This document shows, one piece after another, positions 16,771 to 24,581 of a stretch of 64,000 nt of DNA. Positions within the stretch are counted from its first letter, which is position 1. Every line of letters starts with the position of its first letter. This DNA comes from Candidatus Aminicenantes bacterium (GTDB lineage: Bacteria > Acidobacteriota > Aminicenantia > Aminicenantales > Aminicenantaceae). The notes below the pieces were generated by a model, which was given only the letters and a program-made list of their open reading frames with translations, was not told the DNA's origin and ran no database searches. The stretch spans positions 4,406 through 68,405 of the forward strand of contig WVZK01000086.1 of the NCBI GenBank assembly GCA_011772475.1. Reading direction: 5' to 3'. The translations under genes and the position numbers were made by a program.

Positions 16771-19551
16771 CTATTCGAGCTCTACGTTAGTTGACCCTCC
16801 ATAATAAATCCCGTTAAACAGAAATTTAAAGGTCCCATGAGGTTGGGCCCGTCGAGTTATCTCTGGTCCGTACAGGAAAAGCTTGCCTTGACCCACATCA
16901 GCCTCAATTACGGCGAGACCTCCATGCAGATAATGCTTCCCCCAGGCCCAGCCACTCCGTAGAGGGTTCTTATTTTCAAACCAGGCTACTGATCGAATCC
17001 TTTCCTGAGCGGTGTCTGGTTTTAACCGAAAGACAGGACTGTTGTTGAAAGCCACATCCACTTTCTCTGACAAACCGTAGGCCAGAGGATTGGTGTTATC
17101 AACGCTAACTTGAAGAATCGAGCCGGGTACGAAATATTTTTCCCTGGGCAAGCGTTTCTCCTTCCCATCTTTAAGCTTTTCGACCAAGGCATTGGCAATA
17201 GGGAGACCGGCATGGTATCCGATGTTAGTGGAGTCACTGATAGCCAGCAGAGTGCCGCCATTTTTGATGAATTCCAGTAAATTTGGAACCGTTTTAGCCA
17301 CGGTTACCTTACCGAGTCGTTTGCGGAATTCTGGAGGTATGCTTTCTGGTTTGGGCTGGGGGGATGAGCGCCAGCGGCGATTCTCGTCAGGTTGGTCGCT
17401 GAGCGGAATAGCGCCGTGGACAAAGATTAGGACATCGTATTTATTATTCAGGTTTCCAGCATCAAGAGTGGCGGGATAGACAACTTTAAAAGGGAACTCG
17501 AACTGCTCCAGCAGCCATCGCACCCAGCCCGAGTCCATGGATCCTCCGTATTGATCCCATAATCCAACGCGTAATGGTTGCAAACGGAGCGCTTCTCCTG
17601 AGGGCTTAGAACTAATGCCTTCAAAATTCAATCCGATCTCCTTGGCCATATTCTCAAGTCTGCGCAAAGTGGAGGACTTTGCTGGAATATAAATCGTCCC
17701 AGCAGGGTATGTCTTTTCCTTATGCTGAAAAGCCTTTTTTAACCAGTACACCTCTTCTTTTCTTTGAAGGAGGCGGTTGATGGCGATAAAGGCATCATTG
17801 ACTCTATGGTCTAAAAGAAAGCCAACAGCATTCGTGCTCTGGGTAACTTTTCCAGGAGGGCGATGGGCAAGATCCTCAATTTTCTCGAAGGGGCCTTCGA
17901 CACTTTCCAAAATTCGGTCGAATTCCACTCCCATTTGAAAAGCCAAAGTCCAACCAGCATTATCGTAGGGTGGAATAGGTGCTCCACCTGGATAAGGGAT
18001 ATCATCTGGGTGGTTTTGAGGTTCAAACATAGAGAGGATGTGGGGACGGAAGGCTTGAGCGGTCTTTACGATATAAGAACCCGAAGGATAGGACTTACCG
18101 CCCGCGCTGAAGGATTCAGTTGCTCTTAGGATAGTTATTCCATTCTTTATGAGAGCATTCACGAATTTGGTTGCGGTTAAAAAGTCGGGCTGGTCCGAGC
18201 TAAGAATATAGACTCGGGGATCACGCTCAGCTGGATCGAGCAGCATCTCATAATATTTGCGCGGATACCCTCGGTTTCGTCCGGCACCTACTCGCTGGGC
18301 CTTATCTTTTTTGATTGCGTCTTCGACTGCTGCAATCCTATGCGGACGGATAGTCCAGTGGTCGCGGCTTCCCCGTTCTATTGAGTTTTTTCCCATGAGA
18401 TAGATGTTGTACAGGAAATCCTCACGGTATTTAGAGGCCAGGTCGAGAATTGCCCTATCAGCTGTGATCATGTACTCGATTGATTGGCGGAAATGCCACT
18501 TCTGAGGAGCAATCGGAGCGGGAAGATCGTTTTTAGGAAGTTGTCTATCGGGAAGGAACGGAATTTCCACCGGCGTGGGATTTCCGATAGCTTCTGTTAG
18601 AATCCCGATCATGTTGTGAAAATAAGTAGATGTCCGCAGTCCGCCGTTCCACCAGGTCGAATATCTTGCTCCCGATCTCATTGTTGCCCCTGGCTTTCCC
18701 TCAGCAACGAAACGATTATGCATAGCAGCTCCAACAAGCTCGATTCCCAACGGAACAAGCGGATCATAGTAGTAGTTGAACGGGTCACGGAAGGGAGGTG
18801 CAAATAAGACTGTTCCTGCAGGACCAGTTTGATGCTGATTGTATACGATTTGAGGAAACCACTCGTGGTATAACACCCGGGTAAGGGCTTCTGTTTCGGG
18901 CTGAGTCACCATGTAAAAATCACGATTGTTATCGTGGCCGATGTATTTTTGGTACAGACGAGGTATGTCTCTCGTGGACCGCTTGGTTGGTTCCTTTTCT
19001 CGCATATACCAGTCTGAGACCAATTCCATTCCATCTGGATTTGAGGGGACGGCAAGCAAAATGACATCATCCAGGATCCTCAGCGTCTCAGGATCATTTC
19101 GGCTCGCCATTTGATACACAAGCTCTATCAAATGCTGTGCTCCCAATACTTCAGTTCCGTGTAAGCCCCCATCAATCCAGACAACCGCTCGTCCTTCAGA
19201 AGCAAGTTCTCGAGCTTCGCTATCAGTAAGTCCTTCAGCTAAGGCTAGTTTCTTTGAGATCTCTTTATAACGATCGAGTTTCCTTTGATTGTCTGGGGAA
19301 GTTATAACGGCCATGAACATCGGATGTTTCTCAGCTGTAATGCCGATTCCGGCAAGCGAAACCCGCTTGGATTCAAGAGCAATTTTTTTCAAATAAGCTA
19401 TGAATTGTGTATAGTTGGCCAGATAGTAATCGTCTCCCACATTAAAACCAAAGTGTTCTTTGGGCGTTGTGATTTTACGCTGGGCCAATAAAGGAATGAC
19501 CAATAGCGCTATTAAAATAAAAACTAAAATAAGACTCTTATTCTTGCCCAT
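16771..19551 (-). CDS. Large secreted M14 family zinc carboxypeptidase
   Basis: Start taken at ATG 19551 (GGGAGGA SD, signal peptide MGKNKSLILVFILIALLVIPLLA). GGLHGTEVLG (HxxE), HDNNRDF and YNQHQTG motifs. Long C-terminal extension. Confidence 0.85.
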   Translation of the reverse strand: MGKNKSLILVFILIALLVIPLLAQRKITTPKEHFGFNVGDDYYLANYTQFIAYLKKIALESKRVSLAGIGITAEKHPMFMAVITSPDNQRKLDRYKEISKKLALAEGLTDSEARELASEGRAVVWIDGGLHGTEVLGAQHLIELVYQMASRNDPETLRILDDVILLAVPSNPDGMELVSDWYMREKEPTKRSTRDIPRLYQKYIGHDNNRDFYMVTQPETEALTRVLYHEWFPQIVYNQHQTGPAGTVLFAPPFRDPFNYYYDPLVPLGIELVGAAMHNRFVAEGKPGATMRSGARYSTWWNGGLRTSTYFHNMIGILTEAIGNPTPVEIPFLPDRQLPKNDLPAPIAPQKWHFRQSIEYMITADRAILDLASKYREDFLYNIYLMGKNSIERGSRDHWTIRPHRIAAVEDAIKKDKAQRVGAGRNRGYPRKYYEMLLDPAERDPRVYILSSDQPDFLTATKFVNALIKNGITILRATESFSAGGKSYPSGSYIVKTAQAFRPHILSMFEPQNHPDDIPYPGGAPIPPYDNAGWTLAFQMGVEFDRILESVEGPFEKIEDLAHRPPGKVTQSTNAVGFLLDHRVNDAFIAINRLLQRKEEVYWLKKAFQHKEKTYPAGTIYIPAKSSTLRRLENMAKEIGLNFEGISSKPSGEALRLQPLRVGLWDQYGGSMDSGWVRWLLEQFEFPFKVVYPATLDAGNLNNKYDVLIFVHGAIPLSDQPDENRRWRSSPQPKPESIPPEFRKRLGKVTVAKTVPNLLEFIKNGGTLLAISDSTNIGYHAGLPIANALVEKLKDGKEKRLPREKYFVPGSILQVSVDNTNPLAYGLSEKVDVAFNNSPVFRLKPDTAQERIRSVAWFENKNPLRSGWAWGKHYLHGGLAVIEADVGQGKLFLYGPEITRRAQPHGTFKFLFNGIYYGGSTNVELE

Positions 19552-19668
19552 AAATTCCTCCCTTTTCCCAATCAGGGAAAGAAGTTTGTTTTTCTGTCTG
19601 CCACAGCTTTCCGCTCCCATGACGACCATTGAAATTTCTTATATAAGTAATAGATAAATTGAATCCCT

Positions 19669-19697
19669 AATTTAGCAAAGGAATAATTTGATGTCAA
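19669..19697 (-). promoter_or_regulatory. Sigma70-type promoter (module copy C): TTGACA-N17-TAAATT
   Basis: The reverse strand of 19680-19704 reads TTAACTTTTGACATCAAATTATTCC. It matches 24 of 25 positions of 44161-44185. Confidence 0.45.
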
Positions 19698-19803
19698 AAG
19701 TTAAATAATAAAAAGACATTTTTTGTTTTTTTTCGTATAATTCTTTGAACACTCGATGTCTTTAAAGATTAGACTTCGCTAATAATAATTAAAGGAGGAG
19801 ATT

Positions 19804-21714
19804 ATGCGTACACGAGTTATATCGTTATTGGTAGTCGCATCCATCTTTATTTTTGGATGCGTTCCCCTGGAGGAAATGCCTCGCCTTATCCCTATGAAAG
19901 ATTTTTTCCGGAATCCGGAAAGTGCTGTATTTGGACTTTCTCCTGATGGAAGCCACCTCGCCTTTTTGAAGCCTTGGGAAAATCGACTAAATGTTCACGT
20001 GCAAAAAATAGGGGAAGATAAAATTACGCGAATCACCGGTGCAACGGAGAGAGATATTGCCGGCTATTATTGGGCGAATAATAATCGCATCGCTTATGTG
20101 CAGGATACTGCAGGTGACGAAAACTTCAGGTTATATGCAGTTAACATTGATGGGTCCGATCTAAAAGAACTCACGCCGTTTGAAAAAGTAAAGGTAGAGC
20201 TAATTGATAAGCTGAAGAATGACGATGAACACATGCTGATTTCGATGAACAAGCGTGATTCTCGTGTGTTTGATGTATATCGTATAAACATCAACTCGGG
20301 CAAGATGAATATGATAGCTCAAAATCCTGGGAATATCATGGGCTGGCATACCGACCATGACGGCAATCTGAGGATAGCCGTGACCACTGATGGTGTTAAC
20401 ACAAGTGTTCTTTACCGTGACTCCGAGAAGGATAAGTTCCAAACTTTGATCACAACCAATTTTAAAGAATCAATGTCGCCTTTGTTCTTCACGTTCGACA
20501 ATAAAAATCTTTACGTTGCTTCCAGCATAGGCCGAGATAAAACAGCTATATATGAATACGATATCAAAAATAAAAAACATGCAAAATTATTATATGAACA
20601 CCCTGAAGTTGATGTTGATGGTTTATTAAAATCGGATAAACGGAAGAAGATTACAGGCGTTACCTATATCGTCGATAAAAGACATTATCATTTCTTTGAT
20701 GATGAGAGAAAGACATTACAGGAAGGACTTGAGAAGCGGCTTCCAGGGTATGAAGTTGTGATCGTCAGCCGAAGTAAAGATGAGAGGAAAGTACTGGTTA
20801 GAACTTACAGCGACAGATCGCTTGGTTCCTATTATTACTTTAACCGAGACACGAATGACTTCAGAAAGCTCGTGGATATCAGTCCTTGGTTGAATGAAGA
20901 TGAGCTGGCTGAGATGAAGCCAATCACTTACAAATCACGGGATGGATTAACAATCCATGGATATTTAACAGTGCCCAAAGGCGCGAAACCTAAGAACCTT
21001 CCTGTTGTCGTCAATCCTCATGGCGGTCCCTGGGACAGAGATACATGGGGTTATAGGTCTCATGTTCAATTTCTTGCTAATCGAGGCTATGCTGTTTTAC
21101 AGATGAATTTCAGGACTTCTACAGGCTATGGACGTAAGTTCTGGGAAGCCGGCTTTAAACAATCGGGACTTGCCATCCAGGATGATATAACCGACGGAGT
21201 AAAATGGTTGATTAACCAAGGAATTGCCGACCCAAAACGTGTCGGAATTTACGGCGGTTCTTACGGAGGTTACTGCGTTCTAGCAGGGCTAGCATTCACT
21301 CCGGATTTATATGCTGCTGGTGTGGATTACGTCGGAATCTCTAGCTTTTTTACAATATTAAAGACCATTCCGCCTTACTGGGAACCTATGTTAGAGATGA
21401 TGTACGAAATGGTCGGCCATCCAGAAAAAGACAAGGAATTGTTCGAGAAAGTTTCGCCTCTATTTCACGCTGATAAAATTAAGGCTCCCTTGTTTGTCGC
21501 TCAAGGGGCCAACGATCCTAGGGTGAATAAACAGGAATCAGATCAGATTGTAGAAGCACTTAGAAAACGAGGTATTGATGTCGAATATATGGTAAAAGAA
21601 GATGAAGGGCATGGCTTCCGCAACGAGGAAAATAGGTTTGATTTCTATAGGGCAATGGAAAAATTCCTAGGCAAACACCTCGGAGGCAGAGTGGAGACAG
21701 AAACCAACGATTAA
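19804..21714 (+). CDS. S9 family serine peptidase (prolyl oligopeptidase/DPP family)
   Basis: AAAGGAGGAG SD. Lipoprotein-like signal (FIFGC). NPHGGPW, catalytic GGSYGGY, GANDPRV and EGHGF. Confidence 0.9.
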   Translation: MRTRVISLLVVASIFIFGCVPLEEMPRLIPMKDFFRNPESAVFGLSPDGSHLAFLKPWENRLNVHVQKIGEDKITRITGATERDIAGYYWANNNRIAYVQDTAGDENFRLYAVNIDGSDLKELTPFEKVKVELIDKLKNDDEHMLISMNKRDSRVFDVYRININSGKMNMIAQNPGNIMGWHTDHDGNLRIAVTTDGVNTSVLYRDSEKDKFQTLITTNFKESMSPLFFTFDNKNLYVASSIGRDKTAIYEYDIKNKKHAKLLYEHPEVDVDGLLKSDKRKKITGVTYIVDKRHYHFFDDERKTLQEGLEKRLPGYEVVIVSRSKDERKVLVRTYSDRSLGSYYYFNRDTNDFRKLVDISPWLNEDELAEMKPITYKSRDGLTIHGYLTVPKGAKPKNLPVVVNPHGGPWDRDTWGYRSHVQFLANRGYAVLQMNFRTSTGYGRKFWEAGFKQSGLAIQDDITDGVKWLINQGIADPKRVGIYGGSYGGYCVLAGLAFTPDLYAAGVDYVGISSFFTILKTIPPYWEPMLEMMYEMVGHPEKDKELFEKVSPLFHADKIKAPLFVAQGANDPRVNKQESDQIVEALRKRGIDVEYMVKEDEGHGFRNEENRFDFYRAMEKFLGKHLGGRVETETND

Positions 21715-21727
21715 ATCGATATTTTTT

Positions 21728-21898
21728 TGTAGTTTGATTTATTTGGAGGTTTTACTTGTAGGGGCTTGATTTATCAAACTCACCTTTTATTTATCTAAGC
21801 GGGATTGTTTTTGTGTAGGGGCTTGATTATTCAAACCCACCTTATATTTATCTAAAGATGATTGTTTATGTGTAGGGGTTTGATTCATCAAACCCACC
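21728..21898 (+). repeat. REP-A cluster 2: three full copies in a 57-bp-period tandem array plus one degenerate copy
   Basis: Copies start at 21757, 21814 and 21871. The inter-copy segments are similar to each other (TTWTATTTATCTAA...GATTGTTTWTG). Confidence 0.85.
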
Positions 21899-21980
21899 TT
21901 ATCCATTCTTTGGATTAAAAAACATACCAATATAATTGTGCTAAAATATAAAGTAACTCCTTATGGTAGGGAGATTATTA

Positions 21981-23027
21981 ATGAAAAAACAGAATAAACA
22001 TCCATTGGCATGGCTCAGTGGCAAAGATTATAAAACTGGCAAAAGCGACTCCAATCGTGCCTGCGAAGTTAGTCAGACCGATGTTTCTGATGCAAAACTC
22101 CTTGATGCCTATTCGCATGCTGTTATCTCAGTAGTCGAAGCAGTTGGCCCGGCCATTGTTAGTATCTCAATTGGCAGAGAGTCTCAGGAGCCTGAGTTTG
22201 ATCTGATTGGCGCAGGTTCTGGCTTTGTTATTACCCCAGATGGTTATATACTTACTAACAGCCATGTGGTCTCCAAAGCCAAGAAGTTGGAGACCATTTT
22301 TGTGGATAGAAAGAGGCTATCCACGACCGTCATAGGCAAGGATGATTCTACAGACCTGGCTGTGATTCAAGTCAATGCCTCAGGTTTGCCCTATGCTACG
22401 TTAGGGGATTCATCTGGATTGCGTGTTGGTCAGCTAGTGATTGCCATGGGTAATCCCTTTGGTTTTCAGTCCACTGTTTCCACTGGCGTGATCAGTGCTC
22501 TCGGGCGTTCGTTGCGCAGCCAGCAAGGACGTCTGATTGAAAACATTATCCAGCATACTGCTCCGCTTAATCCAGGAAACTCGGGTGGTCCGCTCTTGGA
22601 CTCAAGGGGGCGTGTTGTCGGAATCAACACGGCCATCATTCCTATGGCCCAGGGCATAGGATTTTCCATTCCTTCCGATACAGGGAAATGGGTGCTTACC
22701 CAGCTTATGACTCAAGGACGAGTACGTCGAAGCTACCTGGGAATAGTAGGCTATAAACGCCCCTTAGAAAGAAGGATTGTGCGCTTTCATAAGCTTAGCA
22801 AGGATCATGGAGTTGAAATAGTGTCCACTGATCCTAAAGGTCCAGCCAGGGAGGCGGATTTGCGCGTGGGCGATATTGTAGTTGAGGTCAATAATCAGGG
22901 TATGGGAAGTGTTGATGATATTTACCGTTTCTTGGCCGAATGGCCTATTGGTCGCCCGCTGACTGTTACTGTGCTTCGTGGTAAAGATCGGATTAATCTA
23001 GAGGTCGTTCCCACTGAGGCAAGTTAA
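21981..23027 (+). CDS. HtrA/DegP-type trypsin-like serine protease with PDZ domain
   Basis: ATG at 21981 after GGGAGA. TNSHV (His), DLAVIQ (Asp), GNSGGPLLD (Ser), and a C-terminal PDZ (GDIVVEVNNQ). Confidence 0.9.
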   Translation: MKKQNKHPLAWLSGKDYKTGKSDSNRACEVSQTDVSDAKLLDAYSHAVISVVEAVGPAIVSISIGRESQEPEFDLIGAGSGFVITPDGYILTNSHVVSKAKKLETIFVDRKRLSTTVIGKDDSTDLAVIQVNASGLPYATLGDSSGLRVGQLVIAMGNPFGFQSTVSTGVISALGRSLRSQQGRLIENIIQHTAPLNPGNSGGPLLDSRGRVVGINTAIIPMAQGIGFSIPSDTGKWVLTQLMTQGRVRRSYLGIVGYKRPLERRIVRFHKLSKDHGVEIVSTDPKGPAREADLRVGDIVVEVNNQGMGSVDDIYRFLAEWPIGRPLTVTVLRGKDRINLEVVPTEAS

Positions 23028-23103
23028 TCATAATCTCATCCCAACCTGTCTGCATTTGATTTATCTGCAAGGATTTGACCTGTTTGCCTAGGATTATTTT
23101 CTT

Positions 23104-23131
23104 TGTAGAGGCTTGATTTATCAAGCCCACC
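23104..23131 (+). repeat. REP-A single copy
   Basis: TGTAGAGGCTTGATTTATCAAGCCCACC. Both arms carry the C/G variant. Confidence 0.8.
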
Positions 23132-23288
23132 TTATATGAACTTTAGGCATTTATTTTGTTTGTATAGGAGTGATCTAAGTTTATTGGGGGCCTAAATAGG
23201 TGCTGGACGCCGTACCTAAAATGTAACGTTTTCCTTATTTTTTTCGTATATATATATAGAAGTGGAGAGCAGAGAATGAGGTTAAAAA

Positions 23289-23438
23289 ATGAGATTAATA
23301 ACAAAGATAGAAATTTTTCTCATGGCCATCGTTTTAACCTTTTTTCTGTTCAACATAATGATTCCTCCCTCGGCAGTAGACCTTTTAAGGATTGGAAATC
23401 AAGCAGGATATGAAATTATTGTAAACGTAGTGCCTTGA
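23289..23438 (+). CDS. Possible 49-aa hydrophobic peptide
   Basis: Below the ORF-track cutoff. GAGG lies 7 nt before the ATG. Sequence is MRLITKIEIFLMAIVLTFFLFNIMIPPSAVDLLRIGNQAGYEIIVNVVP. An alternative overlapping frame exists from ATG 23275. There is no homology evidence. Confidence 0.25.
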   Translation: MRLITKIEIFLMAIVLTFFLFNIMIPPSAVDLLRIGNQAGYEIIVNVVP

Positions 23439-23478
23439 GAGCTAGAAAAAACGCCTTTCGTATACATCAGGATAATAT

Positions 23479-23859
23479 CTAATACAGCTTCTCTATCTCC
23501 TCTGTGTCAATGTGGAGGTGTCCTTTACGTTTTTCCCCCCTGAGAGGTCCTTCAAACCAAGCGACAGTCACCAGGCTGAGGGCTTCTAGCCTGTGGGTTT
23601 CTCCCATAGGGGTAAATACCATATCGCCAGGGCCAACCTCGAAAGGATCAGCTGTACCAGTTACAAGAGCTCGGCCGTTAATTATTATCCACCATTCATC
23701 ACAATCATGGTAGTGCACGTCTGAAGATGCTCCCTCGGATAAAGTGTCGACGCCATAGTTACAGATTATCGAATCCTCCGGCATGGGATCTATAGGTGAG
23801 AGTTTAGCCGTAATAAAAGCAGGAGGATTCTCGTATTGTTTTGCTCGGATATGTCGCAT
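23479..23859 (-). CDS. Cupin domain protein
   Basis: HYHDCDEWWIIINGRALV and GDMVFTPMGETHR are the two cupin motifs. Confidence 0.8.
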   Translation of the reverse strand: MRHIRAKQYENPPAFITAKLSPIDPMPEDSIICNYGVDTLSEGASSDVHYHDCDEWWIIINGRALVTGTADPFEVGPGDMVFTPMGETHRLEALSLVTVAWFEGPLRGEKRKGHLHIDTEEIEKLY

Positions 23860-24068
23860 GAGACTTTCTCCTCTATGTTAAATTACCCAACAATCAAATA
23901 AATAAATAGCCAAGTTATATATAAACAGTTACATCACCATCGTAACAATCCGCCGCTTACTTTTCTGTCTACGTCCATATTCTAAAGAAATCGATTCTGA
24001 TACGGAAAATATTCTAAGATATAGATACATAAAAGCGTGCTCGCTGTCAATAAACCTATTCTGCAGAG

Positions 24069-24097
24069 TTGACTATTTTGAAAGTAATTGTTATTCT
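24069..24097 (+). promoter_or_regulatory. Promoter of the ABM-kinase unit: TTGACT-N17-TATTCT (TGT extended -10)
   Basis: TTGACT at 24069-24074 and TGTTATTCTTTTGCC at 24089-24103. The latter 15-mer is identical at 56282-56296 upstream of the paralogous ABM locus. Confidence 0.5.
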
Positions 24098-24128
24098 TTT
24101 GCCACATTTGCAGAAGGAAAAAGAGGAA

Positions 24129-24248
24129 ATGCAAGGCCTTTTGTTTCTTGAAATCATAATCCTTATCGAAGACAAAAGGCTTTTTATATTATGGGGAAGA
24201 GAAAGCAAATTTGATACAATAGTTGCCAAGGAATATTCCCTAAGATAA
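24129..24248 (+). CDS. Possible 39-aa leader ORF
   Basis: MQGLLFLEIIILIEDKRLFILWGRESKFDTIVAKEYSLR. AAGGA lies 10 nt upstream. It occupies the same position relative to the promoter as the zinc-ribbon ORF at 56322. It contains a 9-12 bp hairpin (24133-24144 / 24172-24183) followed by TTTATATT. Confidence 0.2.
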   Translation: MQGLLFLEIIILIEDKRLFILWGRESKFDTIVAKEYSLR

Positions 24249-24275
24249 TCATAGATGAGAAAGGAGGAATGAGCC

Positions 24276-24569
24276 ATGTTTGCCAGGCAGACCACATTTC
24301 ATTATAGGGTAAACGAGTTAGATAAAGCCGTGGAGATAGTTAAGGAGAGCATTGTCCCTGCGGCTAAATCGCAGAAAGGTTATCAAGGATTCTATTACTT
24401 GATAGACCGTAAAACAGGCAAAGCAGTCGCCATTGTCCTGTGGGATAGCGAGGAGGACGCTATGGCTAATGAAAAGAGCCATTACTACCAAGAACAGTTG
24501 GTCAAGACCATGCATTTATACAGAGAACCCCCTATTCGCGAAGGATATGAGATCGTTGTCAAAGAATAA
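24276..24569 (+). CDS. ABM/Dabb-like (dimeric alpha+beta barrel) small protein
   Basis: 97 aa with AAGGAGG SD. The pattern ...GYQGFYYLIDRKTGKAVAIVLWDSEEDAMA... is typical of the antibiotic-biosynthesis-monooxygenase fold. Paralog at 56585..56878. Confidence 0.65.
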   Translation: MFARQTTFHYRVNELDKAVEIVKESIVPAAKSQKGYQGFYYLIDRKTGKAVAIVLWDSEEDAMANEKSHYYQEQLVKTMHLYREPPIREGYEIVVKE

Positions 24570-24581
24570 TTGGAGGGAAAG

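Noticed and set aside
21757-21898. Possible CRISPR array: a repeat of about 28 bp with an exact 57-bp period. Clusters at 11044-11222 and 38473-38567 show similar regular spacing.
   Set aside because: The spacers are homologous to each other. The same repeat is scattered singly and in both orientations in seven other gaps. The repeat carries its own conserved flanks. No cas genes are present. It is a tandemly amplified REP-like element.
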